A DNA stretch of 64,000 nt from Somniosus microcephalus (taxonomy: Eukaryota): assembly GCA_052327205.1 (NCBI GenBank), contig CM126220.1:50716001-50780000 (forward strand), in the 5' to 3' direction. The translations under genes were made by a program, and so were the position numbers. Shown in pieces: positions 11,525 to 24,329 of this stretch. Below the pieces are notes generated by a model, which saw only the letters and a program-made list of their open reading frames with translations, had not been told where the DNA came from and did no database searches. How positions within the stretch are numbered: the first letter of the stretch is position 1; every line of letters begins with the position of its first letter.

Positions 11525-14500
11525 ATTATGTGGAATATACAGCATATAGAAACAGGCCATTCAGCTCAACTGGTCTGTGCTGGTATTTATACTCCACGAG
11601 TCTCCTCACCCCACCACCATTCCATCGACCTCATCTCATCCTTTCAGCATATCTTTCAATTTGCTTTTCTCTCATATACTCATCTAGTTTCCTTTTGAAA
11701 GCATCTAACCTATTTGCCTCAACCACTACCTATGGTAGGTGAGTTCCACATTCTAAGCACTCGGAGTAAATAAATGTATTTTCCTATTGAATTTATGAGT
11801 GACTATCTTGTATTTATGGTCTCTAAGTTTGGATTCTCCCACAAGTGGAAACATTCCCTCCACATCGACCCTGTTCAACCCATTCATAATTTTGAAAGAC
11901 CTCCATCAGGTCACCTCTAAGTCTTCTCCTTTCTAAAGAAAAACGCTCCAGCCGGTTCAATCTTTCCCGGTAGCTGTAATCTCTCAGTTCTGATACCATC
12001 CTTGCAAATCTTTTTTGCACGTTCTCCAGTGTTTCCATGTTCTTTTTATAGTATGGAGACCAGAACTGTGCTCAGTACTCTAAGTGCGACCTGACCAGGG
12101 TCCTATACAAGTTTAACATAACTTCACTACTTTTGAATTCTTTACCACAAAAATAAATCCCAGTACTTAGTTAGCGTATTTAATTTGTGACCTGCGATGC
12201 TGCTTTTAATGATTTGTTCACCTGTATCCCCAGATCCCTTTGCTCTTCTACCCCATTCAGTTTCTTATTTTCTAAGGTGTAGATGCTGTTTCTGTTTTTC
12301 CTACCAAAGTGCATCACCTCACTTTTATCTATGTTAAAGTTAATTTGCCACTTAACTGCCCAGTCTGCAAGTTTTCTAATGTCCTCTTGTATTATGTTGC
12401 ATTCTTCCTCAGTGTTAGCTATACCCCCCAGTTTGGTATCATCTGCAAATTTTGATAGTCACTTATTCCTAAATCCAAATCATTAATGTAAATTATGATT
12501 AATGGCGGTCCCTGCACAAATCCTTGTGGAACACCGTTTTCTACCTTCTTCCAAACTGAATAACTACCCTTCAACCCTACTCTTTGCTTTTTATTTTTTT
12601 AGTCAGTTTTCTAACCATTCAACTATTTGTCCCCTGACTCCACATGCCCTAACCTTTTTCACAAGCCTACCGTGTGGTACCTTAACGAAGGCCTTTTGAA
12701 AATCCAGGTATACGGCATCTACTGCATTACCCTTGTCTACTCTTTCCACTACCTCTTCAAAGAATTTTATCAGGTTAGTTAAGCATTACTTAGCCTTTTG
12801 AAATCCTTGCTAATTATTTTGTATTATATTTTCTGTCTCTAGATGCTCTTCTATCACTTCTTTTAGTATAGATTCCAGTATCTTTCCTATCACCGACGTT
12901 AAGCGGACTGGTTTGTAATTCCCAGGTTTTGTTCCATCTCCCTTTTTGTATATAGGAACAACATTAGCTGTCCGCCAGTCTTCTGGCACTATCCCCACTT
13001 CTATGGAAGTTTTATTTTTATCTGCTATCTCCTCCCTAGTCTCCTCGAGTATGCATGGGTGCATACCATCCAGACCTGGGGTTTTAGCCTCTTTAAATTT
13101 GCTAGTTTGTCGATTATTTTCTCCCTTTAATATTCTTTTTAAGCTCATCCTCTAGTGAAGTGTCCATTTCATTATCTTCTCTAGTAAAAACTGAGATTCA
13201 ATACTTCTGCCATTTCTCGGTCATTACCTGTGAGTTTACCTTGCTCATCCTTTAGTGGCCCTGTCCCTATATTAATTTTCCTTTTGTTATTTGTGTGTCT
13301 ATAGAACACTTATTTTTTATATTCCTTGATACTTTGATTTTGCAATTTCTCTTTGCCTTCTTGATGGAACTTCTCTCCTAAGTTCTTTGTATTCCCTTTA
13401 TCCTCTCCTCCTTTAATATCTAAGTACTTCTTATATGTCTTTTTCTTTAAATTCAGTTTTCCCTTTAGTTCTTTATTCATCTACAGTGCCCCATAATTAG
13501 CTTGCTTGTTTTTGGCTTTTAGTGGAATACATTTCTCTTGAACTCTACTGATTACCCTTTTAAAGATTTCCCACCGTCTTTCTATCTGTTTTTCAAGATT
13601 TTCTCCCAGTTTACCTTTTTTAGTTCCACCCTCATTTCCTTATATCTAATCTATCACCTTAGTCTTCACCTTACATATGTCACTCTTGATCCTAATCCTG
13701 AACCATACTATGTTGTGATCACTATTGCTAAGATGCTCTCCTGCTTTTACATCTCCTATCTGTTCTGGTGCATTATTCATTACAAAATCCAGCAGTGATT
13801 CTTTTCTTGTTGGACTTTTTGCGTACTGAGTGAGAAAGGAGCCCTGTATACACAGTAAAAACGTTATTCCCTTTTCCCCTCGTGCTACTCCTTCCTGCCA
13901 GTTTATTTGGGGGTAGTTGAAATCTCCCATGATTATTCTATGTCTGCTGTAGATTTGCCTGCATATTTCTTCCTCCAATTCCCTCCCACTATTTGATGGT
14001 CGACAGTATACATCTATGGCAGGTAGTGACTAGTGGGGTACCGCAGGGATCGGTGCTAGGACCCCAGCTATTCACAATATATATTAACAATCTGGACAAG
14101 GGAACTAGATGCAATATCTCCAGGTTTGCAGACGACACAAAGCTGGGTGGGCGTGTGCGCTGTGAGGAGGATGCAGAGAAACTCCAGTATGATTTGGACA
14201 GGTTGGGTGATTGGGCAGATGCATGGCAGATGCAGTATAATGTGGATAAATGCGAGGTTATCCACTTTGGTGGCAAAAACAGATTATCTGAACGGCAATA
14301 GATTGGCAAAAGGGGAAGTGCAACGAGACCCGAGTGTCCTTTTGCACCAGTCGCTGAAGGTAAGCATGCAGGTGCAGCAGGCGGTTAAGGCGGCAAATGG
14401 TATGTTGGCCTTCATAGCGAGAGGATTTGAGTACAGGAGCAAGGATGTCTTGCTGCAGTTGTACAGGGCCTTGGTGAGACCACACCTTGAGTATTGTGTG

Positions 14501-15710
14501 CAGTTTTGGTCGCCTTATCTGAGGAAGGATGTTCTTGCCATGGAGGGAGTGCAACGAAGATTCACCAGACTGATACCTGGGATGGCAGGAATGACGTATG
14601 AAGAGAGATTGGGTCGATTAGGCTTATATTCGCTAGAGTTTAGAAGAATGAGAGGGGATCTCATTGAAACTTATAAAACTCCAACAGGACTGGACAGACT
14701 AGATGCAGGAAGGATGTTCCCGATGGCAGGGGAGTCCAGAACCAGGGGTCACAGTCTAAAGATAAGGGGTAAGCCATTTAGGACTGAGATGAGGAGGAAT
14801 TTCTTCACCCAGAGTGTGGTGAACCTGTGGCATTCTCTACCACAGTTGAGGCCAACTTAAATATATTCAAGAAGGAGTTATATATTTCTTAAGGCTAAAG
14901 GGATCAAGGGATATGGGGAGAAAGCAAGGACAGGGTACTGAATTTGGATGATCAGCCATGATCTCATTAAAATGGCGGAACAGGCTCGAGGGGCCGAATG
15001 GCCTACTCCTGCTCCTATCTTCTATGTTTCTATGTATTAAGGTGATGAAACCCATATCTTTTAACTCAATCCATATGGATTCTGTATCCATCTTACTGCT
15101 AGTTGCATCCTTTTTTTCTACTGCCATTATCACATCTTTAACTAGTACAGCTACTTCCCTCCACTCCTTCCTTCCCAAATGTGTTATATCCTGCAATATT
15201 TAGTTGCCAATCCTGTTCTCTATGTAGCCATGATTCAATCATCCCTACTATATCCAGATCCTCTGCAAATTATTGCCTTCAGTTCATCCATTTTGTTTTC
15301 AATATTACGTACATTGCTGTACCTATAGTTTAAATTGTTCTTATTTATTATTTCTCTTTAGTAGTTATTTTACTCTTATACTCTATGACATTATCCAATC
15401 TCCGGCCAGTCGCATTATCCTTATTCCTTCCTTTATTTTGCCCTTTACTCTTTTTTACTGATTCTTTTATTGTTAGGTTTATGTAATTTCTAGCAGTTTC
15501 CTCCCCCATGTTAATAGTTTAAAGTCTTTTTTACAGTCCTAGTTATCGTTTCCACTAGGACCTTGTCCCCAGCCCTGTTCAGGTGCAGCTGTCCCAATGG
15601 TACAGCTCCTTTCTGTCCCAGTACTGGTGCCAGTGTTTCGTGAAATGGAACTCCTCTTTCCCCACACAACATCTTCAGTCACATGTTGAGTTTCCTAATC
15701 TGTTTGTCTT
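11525..15710 (-). mobile_element. Old degraded CR1 LINE (end of ORF1, APE, RT, 3' end), split by a younger CR1
   Basis: Minus-strand MGDFNYP, SDH, PGLDGMHP, PEDWRTANVVPIYKKG and LERRRLRGDL; boundaries approximate. Confidence 0.85.
14018..15034 (+). mobile_element. 5'-truncated young CR1 nested in the older CR1
   Basis: GVPQGSVLGP, FADDT, LEYCVQFWSP; TTCTATGT tail; TSD TAT (14015-17, 15035-37); removing it restores host APE ...ITLIDVYCRPSN... Confidence 0.9.
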
Positions 15711-15966
15711 ATTTTGATCTCATGTAATGTGCATGTTAATATAATTCTACCGATACATGCCTTTAAACTGCACGAGAAAGAGAATAGAATCCATAAAATT
15801 TAGGAAGTGTTTTCATTTGCACAACAATCCACCTAGTACCATCAGGAATAATTTGAATTGTTTGAGTAGTGAATGCCATATTAATTTTAGCTAATTAACA
15901 AAAGTCAACCCAAACATAATAACATGAAATTCAGGATAATGTGTAAAAATGAAAACAGGACTTTAC

Positions 15967-16143
15967 CATAGGATCCTCTGCCTATCTTGTGGAACTGTTG
16001 CCAGGTGAGAGGTCCTTGCACATGTTGGATATTCTCCCACGTCCTTCCTGTCCGTTTCTTCTGAATGGCATCTTGTAGAAAAGGCTGCAGTGACAGCAGC
16101 ATACGGACCACATCCTGGGATGAGAGGACGCTTACATCCAGAA
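15967..16143 (-). CDS. MED13L: MED13L exon 18 (177 nt), [30 protein letters not shown]...GRGSY
   Basis: tctgcag|TTC ... TATG|gtaaag. Confidence 0.96.
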
Positions 16144-16279
16144 CTGCAGATAAGAAACTCTGTTATTGCAGCACGTTAAAGGCCCTATCCTGGACACAAA
16201 TTTACCGCTGCCAATATTTAGAAATGAAGTATATAAACTGCATTTTGCCATAAAAGTAGGAAGCTCCCCCCGCTTTCAA

Positions 16280-19200
16280 ATCTGCCATCACCCCGTCCTC
16301 AAAAAAACCCAGCCTTCATCCCTCTGTTCTTGCAAACTAGCACCCAATCTCCAACCTGTCGTTCCTCTCCAAAGTTCTTGAACAGGTTATCGCCTCCCAT
16401 CTTTTCAGCAACTCCATGTTTGAATCTTTCCAATCAGGTTTCTGCCCCTGCCACAGCTCTGAAACGACCCTAATCAAAGTCACAAATGAAATTTTATTGC
16501 TGTAACTGTGGTGCACTATCCCAGCTCATCCTTCTTGACTTGTCTGCAACCTCTGATATGGTTAACACCTGTCCTCCGTGGTCCAAGGGAGTGGGATGGC
16601 CCTTGCCTGGTTCCACTCTTAATTATCCATTCATAGCCAGAGAATCTTCTGCAATGGCTTCCCTTCCCATGCCTCCAGCATTACCTCTGGAGACCCCACA
16701 AGGATTTTTCATCCACATGCCGCCCCTCGGCGACATCATCCGAAAACACGTCAGGTTCTGCATAGAAGCCGATGACACCCAGCTCTACCTCACCACGACT
16801 TCTCTTGACCCCTTCACTGCTTGCGCGACATCCTGATGTGCCAAAATTTCTTCCAATTAAACATCGGAAGACTGAAACCAGTGTCCTTGGCCCCCACCAC
16901 AAACTCCATTTCCTAGCCACTGATTCCTTACCCCTTCCTGGCCACTGTCTCAGGCTGTTTGCAACCTTGGTGTCCTATTTGACCCCGAGTTGAGCATCCG
17001 ACCCCATATCTCCTCAATCACAAGACCACCCAATAACACCTCTATACTATTGCCCATCTCCACCCCTACCTCAGCCCATCTGCTGCTGAAACCCTTAGCC
17101 CAGGTGCTATTGAAACACTCATGCATGCTTTTGTTACCTCCAGACTCTACTATTCCAATGCTCCTCTGGCCGCCCTCCCCTCTTCCACCCTTCATAAACT
17201 TCAGCTGATCAAAAACTCTGCTTCCCGTATCCTAACTCGCATTCCCCCATCACCTTGTCACGTGCATTGGCTCCTGGTCCAGTATTCTTGTGTTCAAATC
17301 CCTCCATGACCGTGCTCCTACCTAACCTCCTCCAGCCCTACAACCCTCCGAGAACTCTGGGTTCCTCCAATACTGGCCTCGTACACCCCCTAGAGTCATA
17401 AAGCACAGAAAGAGGCCCTTCGGCCCATCGTGTCCGTGCCATCAAGCCCTGTCTATTCTAATCCCATTTTACAGCACTTGGTCCGTAGCCTGTATGCTAT
17501 GGCGTTTCAAGTGCTCATCTAAATGCTTCTTGAATGTTGTGAGGGTTCCTGCCTCTACCACCCTTTCAGGCAGTGAGTTCCAGATTCCAACCACCCTCTG
17601 GGTGAAACGGTTTTTCCTCAAATCCCCTCTAAACCTCCTGCCCCTTATCTTGAAACTATGCCCCCTGGTTATTGACCCCTCTACTAAGGGGAAAAGTTCC
17701 TTTCTATCTACCCTATCTATGCCCCTCATAATTTTGTACACCTCAATCAGGTCCCCCCTCAGCCTTCTCTGCTCTAAGGAAAACAACCCCAGCCTGTCCA
17801 GTCACTCCATGGCTGAAGCGCTCCAGCCCAGGTAACATCCTGGTGAATCTCCTCTGCACCCTCTCCAATGCAATCACATCCTTCCTATGGTGTGGCGACC
17901 AGAACTGCACACAGTATTCCAGCTGTGGCCTAACTAGCGTTTTGTACAGCTCCATCATAACCTCCCTGCTCTTATATTCTATGCCTCAGCTAATGAAGGC
18001 AAGTATCCCATATACCTTTTTAACCACCTTATCTACCTGTCCTGCTGCCTTCAGGGATCTATGTACATGCACGCCAAGGTCCCTCTGATCCTTCCTAGGG
18101 TCCTACCATTCATTGTGTATTCCCTTGCCTTGTTAGTCCTCCCAAAATGAGTCACCTCACACTTTTCAGGGTTAAATTCCATTTGCCACTGTTTTGCCCA
18201 TCTAACCAACCCGTCTATATCGTCCTGTAGCTTCCCTCCTCGCTATTTACCACTTCACCAATTTTCATGTCATCTGCGAACTTACTGATCATACCTCCTA
18301 CATTCATACCTAAATCATTAATGTACACTACAAACAGCAAAGGACCCAGCACCGATCCCTGCGGTACACCACTGGACACAGGCTTCCAGTCACAAAAACA
18401 ACCTTCGACCATCACTCTCTGCCTCCTGCCACTCAGCCAATTTTGGATCCAATGTGCCAAATTGCCCTGGATCCCATGGGCTCTTACCTTCTTGACCAGT
18501 CACCCATGCGGGACTTTGTCAAAAGCCTTACTGAAGTCCATGTAGACTACATCAACTGCAATACCCTCATCCACACACCTAGCCACCCCTTCGAAAAATT
18601 CAATCAAATTGGTTAGACATGATCTCCCCCTGACAAAGCTATGCGGACTATCCTGGATTAATCCTTGCCTCTCCAAGTGGAGACTAATTCTGTCCCTCAG
18701 AATTTTTCCAATAATTTCCCTACCACTGATGTTAGGCTCACTGCCCTGTAATTCCGTGTTTTATCCCCACTACCCTTCTTGAATAATGGTATTACTTTAG
18801 CTGTCCTCCAGTCCTCTGGCACCTCTGAAAATTAGTGTCAAAGCCCCTCCAATCTCCTCCCTTGCCTCACACAGCAGCCTGGGATACATCTCGTCTGGGC
18901 CTGGGTGTTTATCCACTTTGAAGCCCGCTAAAACCGCTAGTACCTCCTCCCTCTCAATACTAATTTGTTCAAGTACATCACAATCCCCCTGCCTGATTTC
19001 TATGCCTACATCGTATTTCTCCATAGTGAACACAGATGCAAAATATTCATTTAAAACCTCACCTACATCTTCCGGCTCTACACACAGATTGCCACTTTGG
19101 TCCCTAATGGGCTCTACTCTTTCCCTTAATATACTTATAACACACCTTGGGATTTTCCTTTTTTTTCCCGCCAGTATTTTTTCATGCCCCCTCTTCGCTC

Positions 19201-19745
19201 TCCTAATTTCTTTTTTACATACCCCCCTGCATTTTCTATACTCTTCCAGGGCTTCCACTGTTTTTAGTTCTTTGTATCTGCCAAAAGCCTCCCTTTTTTT
19301 CCTAATCCATTCTTGTATATCCCTTGACATCCAGGGTTCCCTGGGCTTGTTGGTCCCACCCTTGACCTTTATGAGAACATGTTGGTGTTGTACTCTCTCT
19401 ATTTAGTTTCTGAAAAACTCCCAGTGCTCTGATTTTCCTATAAGTAGCTGATCCCAGTCCACTTTGGCCAGATCCTGCCTTATCATATCATGGGCCCTAC
19501 ATCCTTCGTCCCACCACTGGAGGCCATCCCTTCAACCACCTAGGCCCTAAGCTCTGCAATTCCCTCCCTAAACCTCGCCACCTATCTCTTCTCCTTTAAG
19601 ACGTTCCATAAAACCTCTCCCTTTGACCAAGCTTTTGGTCACTTGTTTGGCTCGGTGTCAATTTTTAAACTGATAACCTACCGGTGAAACGCCATGGAAT
19701 ATTTTACTACGTTAAAGGCACTATATAAATGCAAGTTGTTGTTGA
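16280..19745 (+). mobile_element. Degraded L2-clade LINE 3' part, split by the CR1 at 17393-19494
   Basis: LLDLSA, LGDIIRKH...ADDTQLY, HAFVTSRL.YSNA; tail ...TATATAAATGCAAGTTGTTGTTG. Confidence 0.8.
17393..19494 (-). mobile_element. 5'-truncated CR1, same family as 2166-6370, nested in L2
   Basis: Near-identical peptides (KIMRGIDRVDRKELFPLVEGSITRGH); TSD CCCTA (17388-92, 19495-99). Confidence 0.92.
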
Positions 19746-19869
19746 ATCTAGGGAATTTATTTTATTTAAAGAATATGCATCCTAGTTTTTCTGAAAATAT
19801 ATTTTCTTGGTGAATTTTCACATTCATCAAGTAGAGATACACCAGTGCTGGAGAAGAAAAAAAACTGAG

Positions 19870-20520
19870 CAAGCAACCAGGGAGGTGGCTGGAGTCAGTA
19901 GCAAGGAAGTAGGGCTTTTGGCTGAAAATTATGACTTTAATCTTCATGGTGTTCAACTGGAGGAAATACTGGCTCATCAACGACAATGTCAAGCAAGAAA
20001 CCCAACAGCAGAGGCGTATGTGGAATCTAAGTGAGTTGTGGAGACGTAGAGCTCTGTGTTGTCAACATACTTACCCTGTGCCTACAGATCATGCAGTCGA
20101 AGGTCTTGGGACATGCAGCACTAAGGCTCTTGAACAAAGAACATGGGCCCTCAATTTGCGGTCCGCAAATAAAAAGCCCATGTACCTGGTGGTCCAGGAG
20201 GTACGGAGATTCTTGGTCCTGGGCCTCTCCAGGTACCCGCGGGTAGAGGCCCATGTACCCCAGGAGCGCATGTGGTTCGCAAACATCCCTGGGATCACAT
20301 GAGCTGGCCCAACAACTTGTATTTATATAGCACCTTTAACATAGCAAAACGTCCCATGGCGCTGCACAGGAGTATTTTAAGACAAAAAAAATATTGGACA
20401 CCGATCCACATAAGGATAAATTAGGGCAGGTGACTAAATGCTTGGTCAAAGAGGTAGGTTTTAAGGAGCATCTTAAAAGGAGGAAAAAGAGGAAGCGACG
20501 CGGACAGGTTTAGGCAGAAT
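19870..20520 (-). mobile_element. Patchwork of L2 fragments including an L2-type 3' tail (20310-20520)
   Basis: MSQYFLQLN..K peptide; reverse complement of the L2 tail (LKTYLFDQAF, ...TATATAAATACAAGTTGTT). Confidence 0.6.
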
Positions 20521-21104
20521 AAAAGGGGATCCCCATTCATGCTTAGAGTTTTTGTATGTACGGCATCCCCATAAACATAAATGGGAATACCCCCAAAAAT
20601 ACATGTACACGTCAAATTTAAAACAATTATATTTAAAATTAATTAAAATGCCATTTAAATTTATTTTTCAAAAATATTTAAAGTGGCTAAAAATACAAGT
20701 TTAGTAATGTTTAAATGATGGAAAAAAATTGTTTATGTTCATTTAAACTCTTACGTAAGAAGTTGACGGGCATTTGCTGGGCAGAAGTTGGGCTCCGCTC
20801 GCAGATGCCCTTTCCCCGGGGATGTGTTGGATCTGTCAAGAAGACTCTTGACCGATGACAAGTTCTGGGTTTTCGCACATGCGTGAAAACCTTAAGTTGC
20901 GCGGCCCTTACGGGCGCGTACACACCTTGCATGTACCTATAGGGGCTGCAAATTATGGGTCATGGGCTCACTCCAATCCCTCCCTCACCGCCGCAACATT
21001 TCCATTTCAGATCCCATCAAACCTTGCATGCCTTTTTCCTAGTAAAACATTTACTGTAAACAATTTCTTTTTGCATATAGCACACTTTTCATCTGTTTAA
21101 AAAA

Positions 21105-21338
21105 ACCCATTACCATCTCCTTTGCCTTGCACCATCATCCCTTTTGTCATTTAACGTTTCCTGCCTTCCACCCGATCACTTTTGTTCTTGCCTCCCCTCC
21201 CCCTGCCTCTACACGGTTAGATCGCTAACTTTTTCCAGTTCTGACGAAAGGTCAGCGACCTGAAACATTAACTCGGTTTCTCTTTCCAGATGCTGCCTGA
21301 CCTGCTGAGTATTTCCAGCATTTTCTGTTTTTCTTTCA
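21105..21338 (+). mobile_element. Penelope-like element terminal-repeat fragment carrying a hammerhead-ribozyme-like motif
   Basis: CTGACGA-stem-GAAAC core followed by GATGCTGCCTGACCTGCTGAGTATTTCCAGCA, which recurs at 38479-38615 and about 48690-48750; family assignment from recalled shark repeats. Confidence 0.6.
21237..21273 (+). ncRNA. Minimal type I hammerhead ribozyme motif (probably inactive)
   Basis: Stem I AGTT/AACT, core CTGACGA plus A, stem II AGGTC-agc-GACCT, then GAAA-C-ATT. Confidence 0.55.
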
Positions 21339-22139
21339 TGTTAATATATTCAAATACAACACATACTCGCATATTATAGTTATACTAGCACATTTTCCAA
21401 TGCAAAATGGCGTATGTCAAATGAAAAACAAAAATCGCCAAACTGATGTACAAGCGGGAACCAATACACACAAAGATCCTCCCAAAGGTGATGAGACAGT
21501 GTTGCAGTATAACCTTCACACAGTTCAGAGTTTTCTTTTAATCAGCTTTGAATTCTAAAGGCATGCAGAACTGCTGTGGTTACACTGATAAACTATAACA
21601 CCATTCATCACTTGCTTCTTAACTCATCTTAAAGGGGAACTCAACAGTCATCTTGAGCTGCTCATTCACACCAGTAAATTCTAAACACTCTGCAGCCCAA
21701 GAGGCAGCTATTTCTACCATACAGATCATTCAAAGTCCTTCAGAATCCATTAACTGGAATACAGATCTTATGTCAGTAGATGGTCTTTCATTTGAAGTGT
21801 GTACCCTCTGAAGATCAACAAGGCAATTTTAACTCTCCCCGTGGCAGCAAAGGAACGGGGAAGCAGTTAAATTAGAGCAGATACATTTACCGCTCCATTC
21901 CCACTGATCTGCGATTTTGAAGCCGCTGGATACGCTGAATGAATCTCCCGCCAAACTCTGGGTAAAGCTGTCAGGAAGCCAACGAGGTCATAGAAGACAT
22001 GTTAAAACAACTTCCCTTCCTGTCCATTCTATACTCCTGAATGTCATACTCATTGCCACCTTTTGAAGCCATCTACATTCAGATATTACTACTACATTGC
22101 CACAACACCCTCCAAACCTAGCATCTTATTTCTAATTCA

Positions 22140-22800
22140 TTAAAAACAATGACAAGGTTGTGAACAATCTGATGTAGCCCAAGACACTGGCCAGGGAGGG
22201 TGATGAAGTCAGTTCTGAAGGACCAAACTTTGTGGCAGGTGGCCGAGACAGTGGTTTCAATCTTCCCAATGTTAAGTTGAGAAAGATAAGGCTCATCCAG
22301 GACTGAATGTTGGACAGCTGCAGTGTAGGTGGGTCGAACGAACTGGTAGAGAGAAAGAGCTGGGCATCATTGATAGAGCAGAGAGACGTGGTGTAGAGAA
22401 AGAGCTGAACGCCAGCAGCATACATATGGAAGCGGACTTTATGTCTGTGGACGATGTTGCCAAGCGGCAGCATGTAGGAGAGGAACAGGAACAACTAAAG
22501 AGGGATTCTTGGAAGACTCTTGGGGTGGGAAGAGAAGATATTGCTAGTGATGCTCTGGCTTCATCCGATAGGTAAAAATGCAACCCAGCAGAGGTAGTTC
22601 CAGGAAGGGCAGTACAGAGGAGGTACTGTAGGAGGATTGTGTGACTGAAGGCTGCAGAGTAGTTAAGGAGGACAAAGAGGGATAATGCACCAGAGTCACA
22701 GTCACAGAATTAGAGCAGTTTTCATGGTGTGGGAGGGGCAGGCTGGATTGGCGGGATTCAAATAGGGAATTGCGGGAGATAAGAAACAGCAACTTCAAGC
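22140..22800 (-). mobile_element. Degraded L2 RT fragment
   Basis: YMLPLGNIVHRHKVRFHMYA..QLFL matches the L2 YADD region. Confidence 0.7.
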
Positions 22801-23312
22801 GAAAGAAAGAGATTACCATTACAGTACATGGTAGTTTAATACTATAACCTGCAATTTATCTTGTTTCGAAGCCAAAATTATTTTCCTTTACAAGATGACC
22901 ATTCTCTGTTCACGATGGTAAATTTACACGTCCAATTTAACCCTTTTTGAACAGTGGACTTTTGAGGGAGTTGAATATAACACTTTGTGGAAATGACACC
23001 CATGAGCTTTCCATAAATTGGTGAACGCCAGGTAGAGATGTATAATATATGCACAGGAATGCTTGGATTCAGATTAACATTGTCAAAAAATTTTAATACT
23101 CTCTTTTCAGGAAAGGAGACAAGAAAGTTAACTGGGCTATTAACGGATTAAAATGCTAAATTTACCACAGAGAACTTATTTGTATAACATTATCAAAAGC
23201 AGTCCCAGTTGCTTGGATGGAACTGGAAACATCTATTAGTATTCTTATTGCTGTGCTGCACATCTGACTTCTTTAGTTCCTTTACCATGTGACTTTTCAG
23301 GGATTCAAAATA

Positions 23313-23589
23313 CAGGAAACTTTCTGGTATCCGGCACGGACGGGACCGACGTGTTGCCGGTTCATCAGCAATTCCAGAGCTCCGTATAAAGCAACAAACC
23401 CTAACAGCTTCAAAACAATCGGCACAAGTTGCAAGCGTCTCTGTAGCTTAGCAACAGCTTCAGCTACACCCTTGCACAGCAACAAATGGAGTAAAAAAAG
23501 TAATAAAAGTTATCTGAACCGACTCCTGAATTTTGCTGGTGGATAGAGCGTTCCGGTTATTTAGGGGCCGGTTAATCGAAAGTTTCCTG
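23313..23589. mobile_element. Tigger-like MITE, copy B (orientation and subfamily of A; internal deletions)
   Basis: Same TIRs; TA at 23311-12 and 23590-91. Confidence 0.9.
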
Positions 23590-23834
23590 TATACAAGCTG
23601 GGCTTTTTGGGGTTAGAGCAAGGAATTGCTTCCATTTCCTTTTTTAAATACAGAAACACCTTTCAAACGTGCCTGTGTATATATAGTAAGTAGTGCAACA
23701 ATATTTTTGACACAGCTGAGCAGTTAACTTTGGAACTGTGCGGTGGAGTCCTATGGTATTGAGCGTTGGGAATAGGATGATGTACCGAAGCTCTAACTTA
23801 GCATTCCACACAGTGGAGGGATTCAGACTAACTA

Positions 23835-24171
23835 CAGGAAACTTTGGTTTATCCGGAGGTTAACTGTCCGGAATGCTCGAGCCACCGGCAAAAATCAGGA
23901 GCCGTTTCGTTAGGTTTTTTTTCTTTTCGTTGCTTTTTTTCCCCCCACCAGTCAGGCACTGCAAGGTCTCGCTGAAGCTGTTGCTAAGCTACAGAGACGC
24001 TTGCAAGGTACGACCGACTGTTTAGAAGCTGTGGCTAAGCAACAGGGTTTGTTGCCAGATACGGAGCTCAAAATCTCCGTATGTTTCAACATTAGCGCTG
24101 GTTTGCCCGGCAGTTTTGATGGGACGGCAACAGCTCGGTCCCGTCGGTGCCGGATAGCACAAAGTTTCCTG
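23835..24171. mobile_element. Tigger-like MITE, copy C (second subfamily, inverted relative to A)
   Basis: CAGGAAACTTTG...CAAAGTTTCCTG; TA at 23833-34 and 24172-73. Confidence 0.9.
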
Positions 24172-24194
24172 TACTGTTACTTCACACACAGCAT

Positions 24195-24329
24195 GCTGTG
24201 CGCAAATTGGCTGCCCCGTTTCCCACATTACAAGTGACTACACTTCAAAAAGTACTTCATTGGCTGTAAAGCACTTTGAGATGTCCAGTGGTCGTGAAAG
24301 GCGCTACATAAATGCACAAGTCTTTCTTT
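24195..24329 (+). mobile_element. 3' fragment of the Deu-domain SINE family
   Basis: Reverse complement of the tail of the 35056-35499 element. Confidence 0.7.

Noticed and set aside
1278-16143. Argonaute/PIWI-like protein as a novel system
   Set aside because: The MID-PIWI-like fold of MED13-family proteins is already established; these are ordinary MED13L exons.
21542-21611. Box C/D snoRNA on the minus strand (GTGATGA ... CTGA, 70 nt apart)
   Set aside because: No terminal stem, no clear C'/D' boxes and no rRNA or snRNA complementarity that I can recognise.
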